From positions 736,001 through 800,000 of the forward strand of contig CAXWPL010000004.1 in assembly GCA_963666215.2 (NCBI GenBank): a stretch of DNA of 64,000 nt, written 5' to 3'. Numbering within the stretch: position 1 is the stretch's first letter; each line of letters begins with the position of its first letter. Source of the stretch: Acidobacteriota bacterium (lineage in GTDB: Bacteria > Acidobacteriota > UBA890 > WLXD01). This document shows, one piece after another, positions 45,836-56,647 of the stretch. Below the pieces are notes generated by a model that was not told where the DNA came from, made no database searches, and worked only from the letters and a program-made list of their open reading frames with translations. Made by a program: the position numbers and the translations under genes.

Positions 45836-46684
45836 CTACCCTTCGACGAGCTCGCGAAAATCCTCATGCACATGCAGTGGCGTGAAGTCGGGATCGTTCA
45901 TCGCGTAGATGCGGTTCGCGTCGTTGGTGTCGATTGCCGCTCCCAGCGCTCCAATGGCAGCCGGAATGTCGCCGGCCTGCGCGTACGCAGCTGCCTGGCA
46001 GTACAGGATGCGATCGTCGCCGGGCGACGCGATCATCGCCTTGGCGAGGTCGGCTAACGCTTCGTCCGGCCTGCCCGCGTTGAGGAGCATGACGCCGTGC
46101 AAATAGAACTCCTCAGGCTCGTTCGGCGAGTAGCTTGTTGGCTGTACGTTGCGCGCGCAAGCTTGGGCGAATTGGCGTGATTTCGCCGCCAGCGTCGAGC
46201 ACGCAGGCAGCGATTCAGCGAGCGTCAAGAACGCCTCACGCGCCTTACCGTAGCCGCCCCCATGAAACGTCTTGACGGCGGCCTCGAATGCCTTGACCGC
46301 GCGGGCGAAGTTCTTGTCCTGCCGCTCGGACTCGCGCGCGGTGCTGTGCATCCCCGCGGCCTCACACTCTGCCTCCAGGCGTTCCGCGCGCTGTGATGCA
46401 GTCTCGGTGGGCGCGGCGATGCGCCGCGGAAGCGCGCCAAGGGTTTGGATGGGCTCAGGACCGGTGGGCGCCGGGGGCGACTCCGGCTCGGCTGGCTGCA
46501 AGGGCAGGATTGTCGGGACCACGTCGGCTTCCTTATAGTCTTGTTTCTTGAGGCCCATCCGGCGGATCTTCGACTCCATTGCCTTCTGGGTGACGCCGAA
46601 GTGGTCGGCAAGCTCCGCGTACGTCTTGTGGCGATAGTGCTCGCGAATGAACTCTTCGTGCTCGGACGTCCAAATCTTCGCCAT
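45836..46684 (-). CDS. HTH + TPR domain protein
   Basis: N-terminal WTSEHEEFI...YAELADHFGVTQKAMESKIRRMGL HTH-like segment, Pro-rich linker, C-terminal TPRs. Confidence 0.75.
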   Translation of the reverse strand: MAKIWTSEHEEFIREHYRHKTYAELADHFGVTQKAMESKIRRMGLKKQDYKEADVVPTILPLQPAEPESPPAPTGPEPIQTLGALPRRIAAPTETASQRAERLEAECEAAGMHSTARESERQDKNFARAVKAFEAAVKTFHGGGYGKAREAFLTLAESLPACSTLAAKSRQFAQACARNVQPTSYSPNEPEEFYLHGVMLLNAGRPDEALADLAKAMIASPGDDRILYCQAAAYAQAGDIPAAIGALGAAIDTNDANRIYAMNDPDFTPLHVHEDFRELVEG

Positions 46685-46888
46685 CAACACTCACGCTGGG
46701 TCGATTGGAGAAACGGCTCGCTCGCTACAGAGCAGCAGATTATATAGGGTTGTTGACGGGCCACACGCGAAGCTACGCTGACGGTTACTATCATGCGGCG
46801 TTGCGATGGCGCCGGCGCGGGCGCCGGGCGCAATTGATCGTTTTCCATGAAGGTTCGCACCGCGCTCTACAGAGCTGGGGGGTTCCGG

Positions 46889-47530
46889 GTGCTTGATCGA
46901 CTCACCTGGCTAGGGCACGCGGGCTTCTATCTTGATGGCCCCCCGTCGATTTATGTCGACCCGTTTCGGGTCGATGGCGGACCGCCGGCCGACGTCGTGC
47001 TGATCACACACGTGCACTACGATCACTGTTCGCCCGTCGACCTGCGGAAGATCGTCACGGATTCCACGACCATTCTGTGCCCGAGTGACTGCGTGACTTC
47101 GCTGCGTAGCTTGCCGGGTTCCCGGCGGCTGATGGAGCCGGGCTCGAAGGTAGCGTTCGACAGCGTCACGATTGAGGCTGTACCGGCCTACACACGCAAG
47201 AGCCGCATGCATGGGCGTGAGAACGGCTGGCTGGGCTATATCGTCGAGATGGGCGGTGTGCGTTGGTATCATGCCGGCGACACCGACTACATCCCCGAGA
47301 TGCGCCAAATCCGTGCCGACATTGCCTGCCTGCCGATTTCCGGCGGCGAGACGATGAACCTGGTCGAAGCTGCGGCTGCCGCTAACTGCATCTCTCCTCG
47401 GGTCGTTGTTCCCATGCACTACGGCACACTGCCTGGCGACGACGTTGATCCCGAGCTTTTCCGCAACCTCACGCGAGTCCGGGTTCAGACGCTGCAGCGT
47501 GCGGTCTGGACCGGCGGCGACGAGGAGTGA
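46889..47530 (+). CDS. MBL-fold metallo-hydrolase
   Basis: WLGHAGF, ITHVHYDH, YHAGDT, VPMHYG. Confidence 0.9.
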   Translation: MLDRLTWLGHAGFYLDGPPSIYVDPFRVDGGPPADVVLITHVHYDHCSPVDLRKIVTDSTTILCPSDCVTSLRSLPGSRRLMEPGSKVAFDSVTIEAVPAYTRKSRMHGRENGWLGYIVEMGGVRWYHAGDTDYIPEMRQIRADIACLPISGGETMNLVEAAAAANCISPRVVVPMHYGTLPGDDVDPELFRNLTRVRVQTLQRAVWTGGDEE

Positions 47531-49401
47531 CACGGGGTCGATCCCGGCGGGTGTCGCGCGTACAGGCTCTGGCTGGCACGCTTGCGCTCGTGGCGGCAAG
47601 CTACGTGGTTTGGCTGGCCGTGGTCGGTGCGTTCGCGTACGAGCCGCTTCGGCTCGCGGCTCGCGGCAGGGCTCGCGCCGGCTATCCATGGCGTGGCGCC
47701 GTGCATGTCCACACGCGGATATCTGCCGACGCAACGGGGACGCTCGAAGAGGTGGTCGCAGCAGCCGCGCGCGCGGGCCTCGATTTTGTGGTTATTGCCG
47801 ATCACACGCGCGCCCGAGGACTCGCCGGAAGGGTTGAGGGCGGCTGGGTTGGCGACGTGTTCGTTGTTGTCGGCGAGGAAATCTCCACCGACAACGGACA
47901 CCTTGTCGCCATGGGGCCGCGGCCCCATCCCTACGCGCTGGGGCCGACCGCGCGGCAGACGATGGCCGACGTAGAGGCACTCGAAGGCTGGTCGCTGATT
48001 GCCCACCCCGACGACCAGGAAGATCCCTGGACCGGCGGCTGGCTGGGTGCGGATGCAACAGAGGTGCTGAACCTGTCCACCGTGGCGCATCGTGCGGCGT
48101 TCGGTCGATTGCTGAGAACGGCAATGATCTATCCAGTCAATCCGGCGCTCGCTCTTTCCGAGCTGATCGCCGGCGCGCCCACGGCGCTACAAGACTGGGA
48201 TCGGCACACTCGACTCAGCGGCGGGCCGTCGGTACAGCAACGACTCGCCGCGGTTGCCAGTGCAGATGCTCATGGGCCCTTCGGGCCCCTCCGTTGGCTC
48301 GGTATGCCGAGCTATGAGTCGTCGCTGGCAGCGATCACCAATGTCGTTTGGCTCGACGAGCCCGCCCCAACTGGCACCGGAGGTGGTGCTCGAGTCAAGG
48401 CGACGAGCGACGCCATCCTCGAGGCACTGCGGGTGGGCCGCTCGGCCGTTGTCGTCGAGGCCATCGGTGTGGTGCCCGGATTCGACTTCTTCGCGGCTGG
48501 CCCCGCAGGCGCGAGCGCTTCTTCCGGCGACGAAGTGGTCTGGGCGCCAGGCTGGACGTTCGAGGCGACGATGGGACTGGGGGGCGGTTCGCGAAGAGGG
48601 GGAGCGGGCGGCGCGGCGGGCGAGAAACCAGGGGGCGCCGCCTACGAGATTCGGCTCCTGCGCGATGGCGAGCTCGTATCGTCGGTTCGCGATGCGGATC
48701 TGTCGGTGCCAGCGTCAGAGCCGGGCACCTACCGCGTCGAGGTCGCCCGAGTCTTGTCCGCGGGTGCCACCGCGGCCGCCGTGCCCTGGATCATCAGCAA
48801 CCCGATCTATCTTTGGCCTCAGTCGGCGATCACGGCCGCTGTAGTGCGCCGGGCGCCGGTACCACCGGCTCCTCCAACCAGCGTCGACCTGCTCGACGAG
48901 CCGGGGTGGCAGACCGACCAGGGGGACGACTCGGTGAGCGCGCTGGCCGCCGCCGAGCACGGGCTGCGCTGGGACCTACGGCTGCCGCGTGGTTCAGGGG
49001 AGAAGCTGAGCGAGGTCGACGGAGCCTTCGCCGCGCTCGCATGGCGTGCTCTGGAGCGGCTCGACTGGTCGTCACGCGGCGGCCTGGTTGTGCACATGAG
49101 CTCGCTGCGGGAGTGGCGCGTGGGGCTGCGTGTTTGGGTGCGACTCGAGGGAGGTGGCGAGGCAACCTGGGAATACGTCTTGCCGTCGTTGCCAGAGAGC
49201 AACGCGCGCGGTGTTCCGTGGTCGCTCTTTCGTCGTCTCGACGGCTCCAACCTCAGCAGTGCGGCAGGCGAAAGCCCGCTGCTCGATCACCTGGCGTCGG
49301 TGTCTGGCGTCGGGCTGGTCGTAACGCCGTTGATGATGCGTCCCGGAACCGAGGCCACCATCGACCTGTTGGAGATGGGCCTCTACGGCGGAGCACACTA
49401 G
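47527..49401 (+). CDS. Membrane-anchored PHP-domain metallohydrolase
   Basis: N-terminal TM helix; GAVHVHT, IADH, GEEIS, AHP, SADAH. Confidence 0.8.
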   Translation: MTRGRSRRVSRVQALAGTLALVAASYVVWLAVVGAFAYEPLRLAARGRARAGYPWRGAVHVHTRISADATGTLEEVVAAAARAGLDFVVIADHTRARGLAGRVEGGWVGDVFVVVGEEISTDNGHLVAMGPRPHPYALGPTARQTMADVEALEGWSLIAHPDDQEDPWTGGWLGADATEVLNLSTVAHRAAFGRLLRTAMIYPVNPALALSELIAGAPTALQDWDRHTRLSGGPSVQQRLAAVASADAHGPFGPLRWLGMPSYESSLAAITNVVWLDEPAPTGTGGGARVKATSDAILEALRVGRSAVVVEAIGVVPGFDFFAAGPAGASASSGDEVVWAPGWTFEATMGLGGGSRRGGAGGAAGEKPGGAAYEIRLLRDGELVSSVRDADLSVPASEPGTYRVEVARVLSAGATAAAVPWIISNPIYLWPQSAITAAVVRRAPVPPAPPTSVDLLDEPGWQTDQGDDSVSALAAAEHGLRWDLRLPRGSGEKLSEVDGAFAALAWRALERLDWSSRGGLVVHMSSLREWRVGLRVWVRLEGGGEATWEYVLPSLPESNARGVPWSLFRRLDGSNLSSAAGESPLLDHLASVSGVGLVVTPLMMRPGTEATIDLLEMGLYGGAH

Positions 49402-49408
49402 CGGGCCG

Positions 49409-50607
49409 TTAGCGGCCGGGCAGCGCTTCCCAGAAACGCGCGAAATCCTCGTTGTCGAGCAGGCGTTCGAGCGCCGTCGAGGATCCCAGCATTCCGCTCA
49501 ACAACGCTGTCTTGAGCGGCGAGTCGGACTCGCCAAGCTTGATGCGCTCGAGCCCAAGCCCGAGATCGCGCACCAGCGCCTGGCGTGCCGCTGCGGCGGC
49601 CGCCGGCAGCGGTGCGCCGAGTGATGACAGACAACGGGCCTGGCTACGTCTCGAAGCGCCGGCCATCAACTCGAGATCCGGTCGTCTAGCACGAGGTGAA
49701 CCGATGCGAGAGACCAGCGAGCGAAGCCCGAGTCGGGGTCGAGACGCGTCGCCTCGTGAGCAGCAGCCAGCGCGTCGTCGAGCTCACCGTTGGCGAGAGC
49801 CTCACGGGCACGGGCCGACGCCAGCTGAGCGTGTCGTTTGTTGAGTAGGCGCCTGAGCTCAACGATCGGCGCCGGGTTGTCGTCTACCCGCAGGTCGATG
49901 TAGCGATCATTAAGGCCGTCATAGCCTCCCCCCTCGCGCACCACGAGGAGCGCCGCCGACTGCCGGCCGCGGGCGTCTCCCCCCGCGGCTTGCCCGGCGG
50001 CCAGCGCGGCTACCAGCCGTGTCGCCAGGTCGCCTTCGGTGGTTTCGAACGCCAAGCCCATCGCCTCCACCACTTCCGGGCCCGCCAGGATGTTGCCCTG
50101 CGCCGAGTAGTTCTCGCCGACCTGGTGTCCCGCCCAGCTCGTGCATTCCTGCCCGGTGAACGCCGCGGCACGGCCGCCCGCTCCGATGACCGCGACCTGG
50201 CGTTGCTCGCGACGCCCGTCCGCGCTCGTAAGAGCGGCAAGGACGTCGCTCGCCGAGTTGCCCACGCGCAGCATCTCGAGCCCGCGGGGGCCGTACGTGG
50301 TGTTGGCGACCGACTGTGTTGCCACGGCGCCGACCCCGGCGCTGGCAAAGGGCACAACGGCGCCTACGGCGAAGAAGCGAGACTGCACGGCAACGCCGAA
50401 GTCGCCGGTGGCCGGCTCGTAGCCGACAATCGAAAAGGTCGCGACAGGCTCCGGCGTGCTGGTCGCTCCGCCGAGGTCCGGTTCAGGCTCCGTTGACAGC
50501 GGTGCCTGTTTTGCCAGCGGCTCAGCTGCGCCGCTGGCGGCGCCTAGCAGGAGAGTCGCTGCCGCTGCTCCCGTCAGGGCAATTCCCGGAACTGACCAGC
50601 GAGCCAT
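49409..50607 (-). CDS. DUF1028 (Ntn-hydrolase-like) protein with TPR tail; probable frameshift near 49680
   Basis: TFSIVG, GVAVQS, GAVATQS, AQGNIL, GGDARGRQSAAL, DLRVDD; the frame ends at 49666 and an overlapping frame continues to 49409. Confidence 0.8.
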
Positions 50608-50781
50608 CGTGCGTCCTCTCTCGAAAACCTCGTGCTGATTGCCGTGCCAGAATCGCCGCACGATCTCTTCCAACGTTACGCCACCGCTTCCGACCGTGCA
50701 GGTGTTCGGCGCCGCGCTCGGCGCGCGAGCATCCTCGGACCGTGGTCCACGGCGTCCATCCATCTCGAACGGCGAGGCGCG

Positions 50782-51411
50782 ATGTCCGAGAGTCTTCCAG
50801 GCGTTCTGATTGCCTTCGAGGGCATCGACGGCTGCGGCAAGTCGACCCAGGCGCGGCTGCTGCGCGACGAGCTCGTTGCGCGTGGCCACGTGGTGGCGAT
50901 CTATCGCGAGCCCGGCGATACCGTGCCCGGACGCGAGTTGCGCCGTATTTTCGTCGAGGGCCGCAACGTCACTCCGTTCGAGGAGATGCAGCTGTTTCTC
51001 GAAGACCGGAAGATCGACGTCCGCGACAACATCTTGCCGTCGCTCGCGGCGGGGGAGGTGGTGCTCATGGACCGGTACTATCTGTCGTCGATCGTGTACC
51101 AGGGCTCGCTCGGCTTGGATTCGGAGGTGATTCGCACCGCCAACGAGGCGTTTGCCCCGATTCCCGATCTCACGCTCATCCTCGATCTCGAGGTCGCCAC
51201 CGGTCGAGAGCGCATCCGCCGCCAGCGTGGCACCACGAATACCTTCGAAGCCGAGGCCTCGCTGCTCGACGCGCAGCGGCGCTACCGCGAGTACTGCGGC
51301 CTTCCTGGATTTGAGTGCGTCGACGTTAGCGGCTCACCCGAGGCCGTCTGCGGGCGATTGCTGCCGCTCGTTCTCGACGCCTTGGCGAGCCGGCGGCAGG
51401 TGTTCACCTGA
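50782..51411 (+). CDS. tmk: Thymidylate kinase
   Basis: IAFEGIDGCGKSTQ, REPG, MDRYYLSSIVYQG, PDLTLILD. Confidence 0.93.
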   Translation: MSESLPGVLIAFEGIDGCGKSTQARLLRDELVARGHVVAIYREPGDTVPGRELRRIFVEGRNVTPFEEMQLFLEDRKIDVRDNILPSLAAGEVVLMDRYYLSSIVYQGSLGLDSEVIRTANEAFAPIPDLTLILDLEVATGRERIRRQRGTTNTFEAEASLLDAQRRYREYCGLPGFECVDVSGSPEAVCGRLLPLVLDALASRRQVFT

Positions 51412-51429
51412 AGTCGGTCTCGGTTGAGC

Positions 51430-52263
51430 TCAGCCGTCGTCCCGCATCAGCGTCGCGAACCTCGAGTCGAACAGCCCGTTGCCGAGGGTCACGCCGCCGT
51501 CCACGGTCAGGAGCGCGCCCGTGGTCCAAGAAGCGGCGTCGCTCACCAAGAACGTAGCCGTATCAGCGAGCTCATCGAGAGTCCCGAATCTCCCCATCGG
51601 CACCGACTCGGCCAGCGCCGCACGCGCCTCGTCAGATTCCCACAGCTGGCCGCCGGCTCCCGCGGTGTCGATCGGTCCAGGAGCGATCGCGTTGACGCGG
51701 ATGCCATGGCGCGCCCATTCAACGGCCATAGTGCGCGTCAAAGACAACACGCCGGCCTTCGAAGCCGCCGAATGGACAACAAAAGGCCCAGCCGACTCGG
51801 CATAGGTTGCGACGATGTTGAGGATCGCTCCGCCGCCCCGGGCGCTCATGGCGCCGAACGCGGCGCGCGAGCAGTAGAAGGTTCCGTCGAGGACGATGCC
51901 GCGCACCGCCTTCCAGCCGTTGGGCGACAATCGCTCCGCGCGAACCAGAAAATTGCCGGCGGCGTTGTTAACCAGGATGTCGAGTCGCCCGTAGTGCTCC
52001 ACGGTCGCGTCGACAACGCGTTGCACCGCCTCCGGGTCACGCACATCGAACGTCATTGCGAGGGCGTCAGCGCCGCCTTCACGGAGCGTCTCGGCCGCAG
52101 GCTCGACGTGCTCGGCGCTACGGCTGGCGAGCACCAGATTGGCTCCGAGGGCGCCAAAGCGCTGCGCCATCGCGAAGCCCAGGCCGGTGCCGCCGCCGGT
52201 GATCAGCGCGGTCTTGCCCCGCAGTAGGTCGGCCACGAACGGCCCGGTAGTTGTCAGCGTCAT
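51430..52263 (-). CDS. SDR oxidoreductase, 2,4-dienoyl-CoA reductase-like
   Basis: ITGGGTGLG, LVNNAAGNF, HSAASKAG, NAIAPGPI. Confidence 0.9.
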   Translation of the reverse strand: MTLTTTGPFVADLLRGKTALITGGGTGLGFAMAQRFGALGANLVLASRSAEHVEPAAETLREGGADALAMTFDVRDPEAVQRVVDATVEHYGRLDILVNNAAGNFLVRAERLSPNGWKAVRGIVLDGTFYCSRAAFGAMSARGGGAILNIVATYAESAGPFVVHSAASKAGVLSLTRTMAVEWARHGIRVNAIAPGPIDTAGAGGQLWESDEARAALAESVPMGRFGTLDELADTATFLVSDAASWTTGALLTVDGGVTLGNGLFDSRFATLMRDDG

Positions 52264-52312
52264 GGGCGTGATCTCCTTTTCGATTCCGCGGCCACGGTGC
52301 CCGCGGAAAACG

Positions 52313-53110
52313 CTAGCTGGATGGTTTGACAGCCGTGGTCAGCTGCAGCGTGCCTGTAACTCGGAAGCGTCCCTGCTCCTGTCGCTCGCGCAGGTGGTGC
52401 CACCAGCGCCGGCGGGTGGCTTCGTTGACGATGCCAGCGGCAACGGCGTAGTCGAGGTCGGCTGCCAGCACCTCGCGCCAGAGGGTATCGAGGCGCCTGA
52501 TCTCAATGGCGTGCTTCTCGACGACAACTTCCGACGCGCCGGCATTCAGCAACCACTCCTCGACCTCGTCGAGGGCGTCCAGAGCCATCGTGCTGTCCTC
52601 CTGCGCCCGTGCCAGGAAGGCGATCAGGTCCGGCAGCTCGCTTGCCACACGATGGGCACGCAAGTCCCAATCGAGCAGGCCGACTCTTCCACCGGGACGC
52701 AGCACGCGCAGCCACTCGGCCAGCGCAGCTCGCGGCTCGTTCATGTGTGGCAAGAGCTTGTCGGCGATGAGCCGGTCGAACGAATTGCGGGCGAAAGGCA
52801 GGCTCGAGGCGTCGGCGCAACAGAGAGAGGGGTCCGCTGAACGAGCTCGACGCCGGCGCAGGAGCCGTCGATCGACGTCGACGCCGACACGCAACGAAGG
52901 AGCTCTCCCCGGCCCGCTGCGGCCTTCGGGCAGATGATCGAAAGCTGGCGAGGCGCCGATCCCGATCTCCAGAACGTTGCACGGCTCCCATGGATTGAGC
53001 CGTGCCAGAAGCGCGGCACGCGCCTCGGCGAACGGTCGCGCGGTGGCGAGAAGGCCCTGCACGCGCTCCACCGCGCTCAGCAGATCGTCTTCGCGGTCGT
53101 CGCTCGTCAC
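52313..53110 (-). CDS. Class I SAM-dependent methyltransferase
   Basis: VLEIGIG, ADASSLPFARNSFD, RVLRPGG. Confidence 0.8.
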   Translation of the reverse strand: MTSDDREDDLLSAVERVQGLLATARPFAEARAALLARLNPWEPCNVLEIGIGASPAFDHLPEGRSGPGRAPSLRVGVDVDRRLLRRRRARSADPSLCCADASSLPFARNSFDRLIADKLLPHMNEPRAALAEWLRVLRPGGRVGLLDWDLRAHRVASELPDLIAFLARAQEDSTMALDALDEVEEWLLNAGASEVVVEKHAIEIRRLDTLWREVLAADLDYAVAAGIVNEATRRRWWHHLRERQEQGRFRVTGTLQLTTAVKPSS

Positions 53111-53116
53111 CCGCGC

Positions 53117-54166
53117 TCAGACGTTGAAGCGGATGTTCACCACATCGCCGTCTTGGACGATGTAGTCGCGCCCCTCAACCCTCAACTTGCCCGCGTCGCG
53201 GCACTTGGCCTCGCTACCGAGCTCGAGAAGGTCGCTATGGTCGATCACCTCGGCGCGAATGAAGCCGCGTTCCAGATCCGAGTGGATCTTGCCCGCCGCG
53301 CGTGGAGCTGTGCTGTTGCGAGGCACCGGCCAGGAGCGGCACTCGTCGGGCCCCACCGTGAACATCGTGATCAGATCGAGCAGTTGAAAGGCGCCGCGGA
53401 TGAAGCGGTCGCTGGCGGGCTCGTCGAGGCCGAGTGCCTCGGTGAACTCGACGCGGTCTTCCGGGTCCATGTGCGCGATGTCCATCTCTACCGCGGCCGA
53501 CAGCACGACAACGTTGAGACCGGCTCGTTCAGTTGCCTTCTGCAGCTCTGGCGGCGTCGGCTCCGCCGCGTGATCCTCGGGAACGTTGAGGACCAGCATC
53601 AGAGGCTTTAGCGAGAGGAATTGGTACGGCGACACGAGGAGACGTTCGCCGCGATCGAGCTCGGCATCGCGCAGCGGACGCTCGGCCTCGAGGATCTCAC
53701 CGAGGCGCTCGAACAGAGCGACTTCTCGGGGGTTGCTGTCGCGCTCCTTACGAAGGCGGTCGCGACGCTTCTCCAGTATCTCGAGGTCGGCCAGAATCAT
53801 CTCGGTCTGCAGATCACCGAGCTCGCGCACCGGATCGTCCGCTTCGGACACCGCTGGGTTGTCGAACGCCCGTAGCACCTGCGCCAGAGCGTCCATCTCG
53901 CGCATGCTGTTGAGGACGCTGCGATCCAACCCCCGCGCCGCGCCCCCACCAGCAATGTCCGAGAACATCACCTCGGCCAACGTGGTTTTGCGTGGATCGT
54001 AGAGAGCCGCGAGCGCATGCAGGCGAGGCTCGGGAACCTTCACCGAGCCGAGGTTCTTCGTGCCGGGCTTGGCCGCGCCGTAGCCGGTCTCGGCCGACAG
54101 TCCCGTCAGGGCGTTGAACACGCTCGTTTTTCCCGAGCCCGGGAATCCCACCAGTCCGATTTTCAT
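53117..54166 (-). CDS. ychF: YchF-family ATPase/GTPase
   Basis: [51 protein letters not shown]. Confidence 0.92.
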   Translation of the reverse strand: MKIGLVGFPGSGKTSVFNALTGLSAETGYGAAKPGTKNLGSVKVPEPRLHALAALYDPRKTTLAEVMFSDIAGGGAARGLDRSVLNSMREMDALAQVLRAFDNPAVSEADDPVRELGDLQTEMILADLEILEKRRDRLRKERDSNPREVALFERLGEILEAERPLRDAELDRGERLLVSPYQFLSLKPLMLVLNVPEDHAAEPTPPELQKATERAGLNVVVLSAAVEMDIAHMDPEDRVEFTEALGLDEPASDRFIRGAFQLLDLITMFTVGPDECRSWPVPRNSTAPRAAGKIHSDLERGFIRAEVIDHSDLLELGSEAKCRDAGKLRVEGRDYIVQDGDVVNIRFNV

Positions 54167-54245
54167 AGCGTCCAGGACGCTACTACGCAGGCATCGGGCC
54201 CGTTCGCAGCCACAGTCGAGCCACCCTGTTCTGGCGTCGAGAGGA

Positions 54246-54281
54246 AAAGGCCCCGGCGAGAATCGACTCGCCGGGGCCCTT
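54246..54281. terminator. Intrinsic terminator hairpin
   Basis: GGCCCCGGCGAG-aatcga-CTCGCCGGGGCC with T-tract on the minus strand, downstream of the DUF3303-like gene. Confidence 0.7.
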
Positions 54282-54313
54282 TGCGTTCTAGTCCCGCTGC
54301 TGATCTCGACGTA

Positions 54314-54583
54314 TCAGCCCGTCAGGATTTGGCCAAGCTCTTCATCGGAAACTACCGGGGTAATGTCTTGGGTTATGAGATCGGCCCATTGGTTGGCCCA
54401 TCGTCCCGCGTCCACCGCGTTGTCGGCCTCGCATATTGTCCAGCCGCGACTCATCCCGGCGTCGTGCCAGCGCGCCAGCATCGTGACTCCCGCGGGTGGC
54501 AGCGCCCCGCCGGACTCGAGAAAGCGCTCAACGGCATCGGCGCGGTTGTCGGGACTTATTTCGTACTCGATCATGAACGTCAA
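54314..54583 (-). CDS. DUF3303-like small protein
   Basis: GGAGG RBS + TTG; FMIEY, RFLESGG, PAGVTMLARWH, WADL...ITPVVSD. Confidence 0.75.
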   Translation of the reverse strand: MTFMIEYEISPDNRADAVERFLESGGALPPAGVTMLARWHDAGMSRGWTICEADNAVDAGRWANQWADLITQDITPVVSDEELGQILTG

Positions 54584-54696
54584 TTGGAACCTCCCATGGG
54601 ACTGTGAGCGGCGCTGTCGCCGACTGACGCCGAATCGTAGCGCGGCAAAGAAACGCCGATAGTCCGCTCCCGGCGCCGGGCGACCAAGAGGCCGAG

Positions 54697-56478
54697 TTAG
54701 TGCGCGTCGTCCGGACTCCAAGCAGGACCTCGAACCACCTGGCCAGGCAGCGCATCGGTGTGTTCGCCGTCAAGCAGCACCTGCTGCCCGTTGACAAAGA
54801 CGTGCACCATACCGGTGGAGTACTGGTGAGGTTCCTCGAACGTGGCGTGGTCGCTGATCGTCTCGGGATCGAAGATCGCGACGTCGGCGTAGTAACCGGG
54901 TTGTAGCGAGCCCCGTCGATCGAGCCCGAGGTTCTGCGCCGGCAGCGCCGCCAGCTTACGGACCGCCTCCTGCAGCGAAATCACATTGCGCTCGCGAACG
55001 TAGCGGCCAAGCAGCCGCGAGAAGTTGCCGTACGCTCGCGGATGCGTGCTGGTTCGGGTAAACGGATCGACGGGCGCCATCGAGCCGGCATCGGAGCCGA
55101 ACGACAGCCAGGGCAGCTTGATCTGCTTCTCGATATTTTCCTCGGACATCAGGAAGTACACGGCCTGCACGCGAGTGCCGTCCTCCACCACGAGATCCAT
55201 TGCGGTGGTGAAGGGGTCGGAGCCGCGCTCGGCAGCGACCGCGGCGAGCGTTTTGCCAGTGTAGGACGAGCGCAGCTCCTCGTTCCGAAATCCCACCAGC
55301 AGGGTGCCCTCGGGTCCGGCGGCGAGCATCAGGTTCTCCCAGTCGTCGGTCGGCGTGGACATCTCCGCATGCACACGCACGCGCGTCGCGGGGTCTTTCA
55401 AACGTTCTGCCCAGGAGTCGTAGCCGCCCTCCTGCACCCACGGTGGCATCGCCGCGTCGAGCCCCGTCGATCCGGCCGGGTAGTTGTACATGTCGGCGGT
55501 GATCCGCAGGCCCTCGGCACGAGCCGCCTCGACCTTGGCGATGACCTCGTCCATCTTCGGCCAGTTCTCTTGACCGCCGGCCTTGAGATGATAAATCTCG
55601 GCCGGCACGCCAGCCTCGCGGGCGATGATGATGAGCTCGTCGACCGCCTCGAGCAGCCGATTGCCTTCAGACCGCATGTGCGAGATGTACTTGCCGTCGA
55701 ACTCCGCCGCGGCTTGGTTGAGAGCGATGAGCTCAGCGGTATCGGCATAGAACGCTGGCGCGTAGATCAGCGACGAGCCAACACCGAGAGCGCCTTCGCG
55801 CATGGCCGCTCGTACCAGCTCCTGCATCCGCTCGAGCTCCTCGGCATCCGGTGCGCGGTCCTCGTAACCGAGCTCGTGCACGCGAACGGTCGTCGCCCCC
55901 ACGTACGACGCGACGTTGGGAGAGATTCCCTTGTCGACCAGGTACTCTAGGTACTCGCCGAGCGTTGTCCAGGGCACCTCCACAGGTGCGCCCTCCGGCA
56001 GCCCGAGCATGGCGCGCGCCTCGTCTTCGCCACCGGCGTCACCGATCCAGTCGGCCACTGTCGCGGCCTTCATCGCGCTGTTGAGCGGGCCGTAGGACTG
56101 TCCCTCGCCGAACACCTCGAGCGTCACACCCTGGCGGATGTCACCCTGCGAGCGGCCGTCGATGATCAGCGAGTCGGTGGCCCAGCTGAGCATGTTGACG
56201 AACCCCGGCGCTACCGCCAGGCCGGCAACGTCGATCTCGCTGGGCGCCGTTCCTTCCAGACGCCCGTCCTGCTCGGCCGATCCGATCGCCGCGACCATCT
56301 CTCCTCGCAGAGCTACGTCGGCGACAAACGGGGCGTCGCCGCTGCCGTCGTAAACGGTTCCGCCACGCAGGATGACGTCGTACTCGTACTCGTTCTTGTC
56401 GGGGGTCGCACAGCCGGAAACAACGAACGCGGTCACAGCCATTGCGGTAACAAGAAAGCGTTGCACAAGAACCCCCAT
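54697..56478 (-). CDS. N-acyl-D-amino-acid deacylase family amidohydrolase (lipoprotein)
   Basis: VSGC lipobox, GGTVYDGSG, APGFVNM, YISHMRSEG, GSDAG, HPRAYGNF; start uncertain. Confidence 0.9.
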   Translation of the reverse strand: MGVLVQRFLVTAMAVTAFVVSGCATPDKNEYEYDVILRGGTVYDGSGDAPFVADVALRGEMVAAIGSAEQDGRLEGTAPSEIDVAGLAVAPGFVNMLSWATDSLIIDGRSQGDIRQGVTLEVFGEGQSYGPLNSAMKAATVADWIGDAGGEDEARAMLGLPEGAPVEVPWTTLGEYLEYLVDKGISPNVASYVGATTVRVHELGYEDRAPDAEELERMQELVRAAMREGALGVGSSLIYAPAFYADTAELIALNQAAAEFDGKYISHMRSEGNRLLEAVDELIIIAREAGVPAEIYHLKAGGQENWPKMDEVIAKVEAARAEGLRITADMYNYPAGSTGLDAAMPPWVQEGGYDSWAERLKDPATRVRVHAEMSTPTDDWENLMLAAGPEGTLLVGFRNEELRSSYTGKTLAAVAAERGSDPFTTAMDLVVEDGTRVQAVYFLMSEENIEKQIKLPWLSFGSDAGSMAPVDPFTRTSTHPRAYGNFSRLLGRYVRERNVISLQEAVRKLAALPAQNLGLDRRGSLQPGYYADVAIFDPETISDHATFEEPHQYSTGMVHVFVNGQQVLLDGEHTDALPGQVVRGPAWSPDDAH

Positions 56479-56647
56479 TGCTCGCGGATCAAGGTGCGCA
56501 AGACAACCAGCCACGAGGGTGAGCGTCAACGCGCCGCGGCGCAATCGTTGGCAAGCGCTCGCGAGGAACGCCGGGATTGGGCAGTGCTGTCGAGACTCCG
56601 AGGCGGCACGCTTTCCGGGTGGCGGTGTGGCATTCTCGCTGGCCGTT

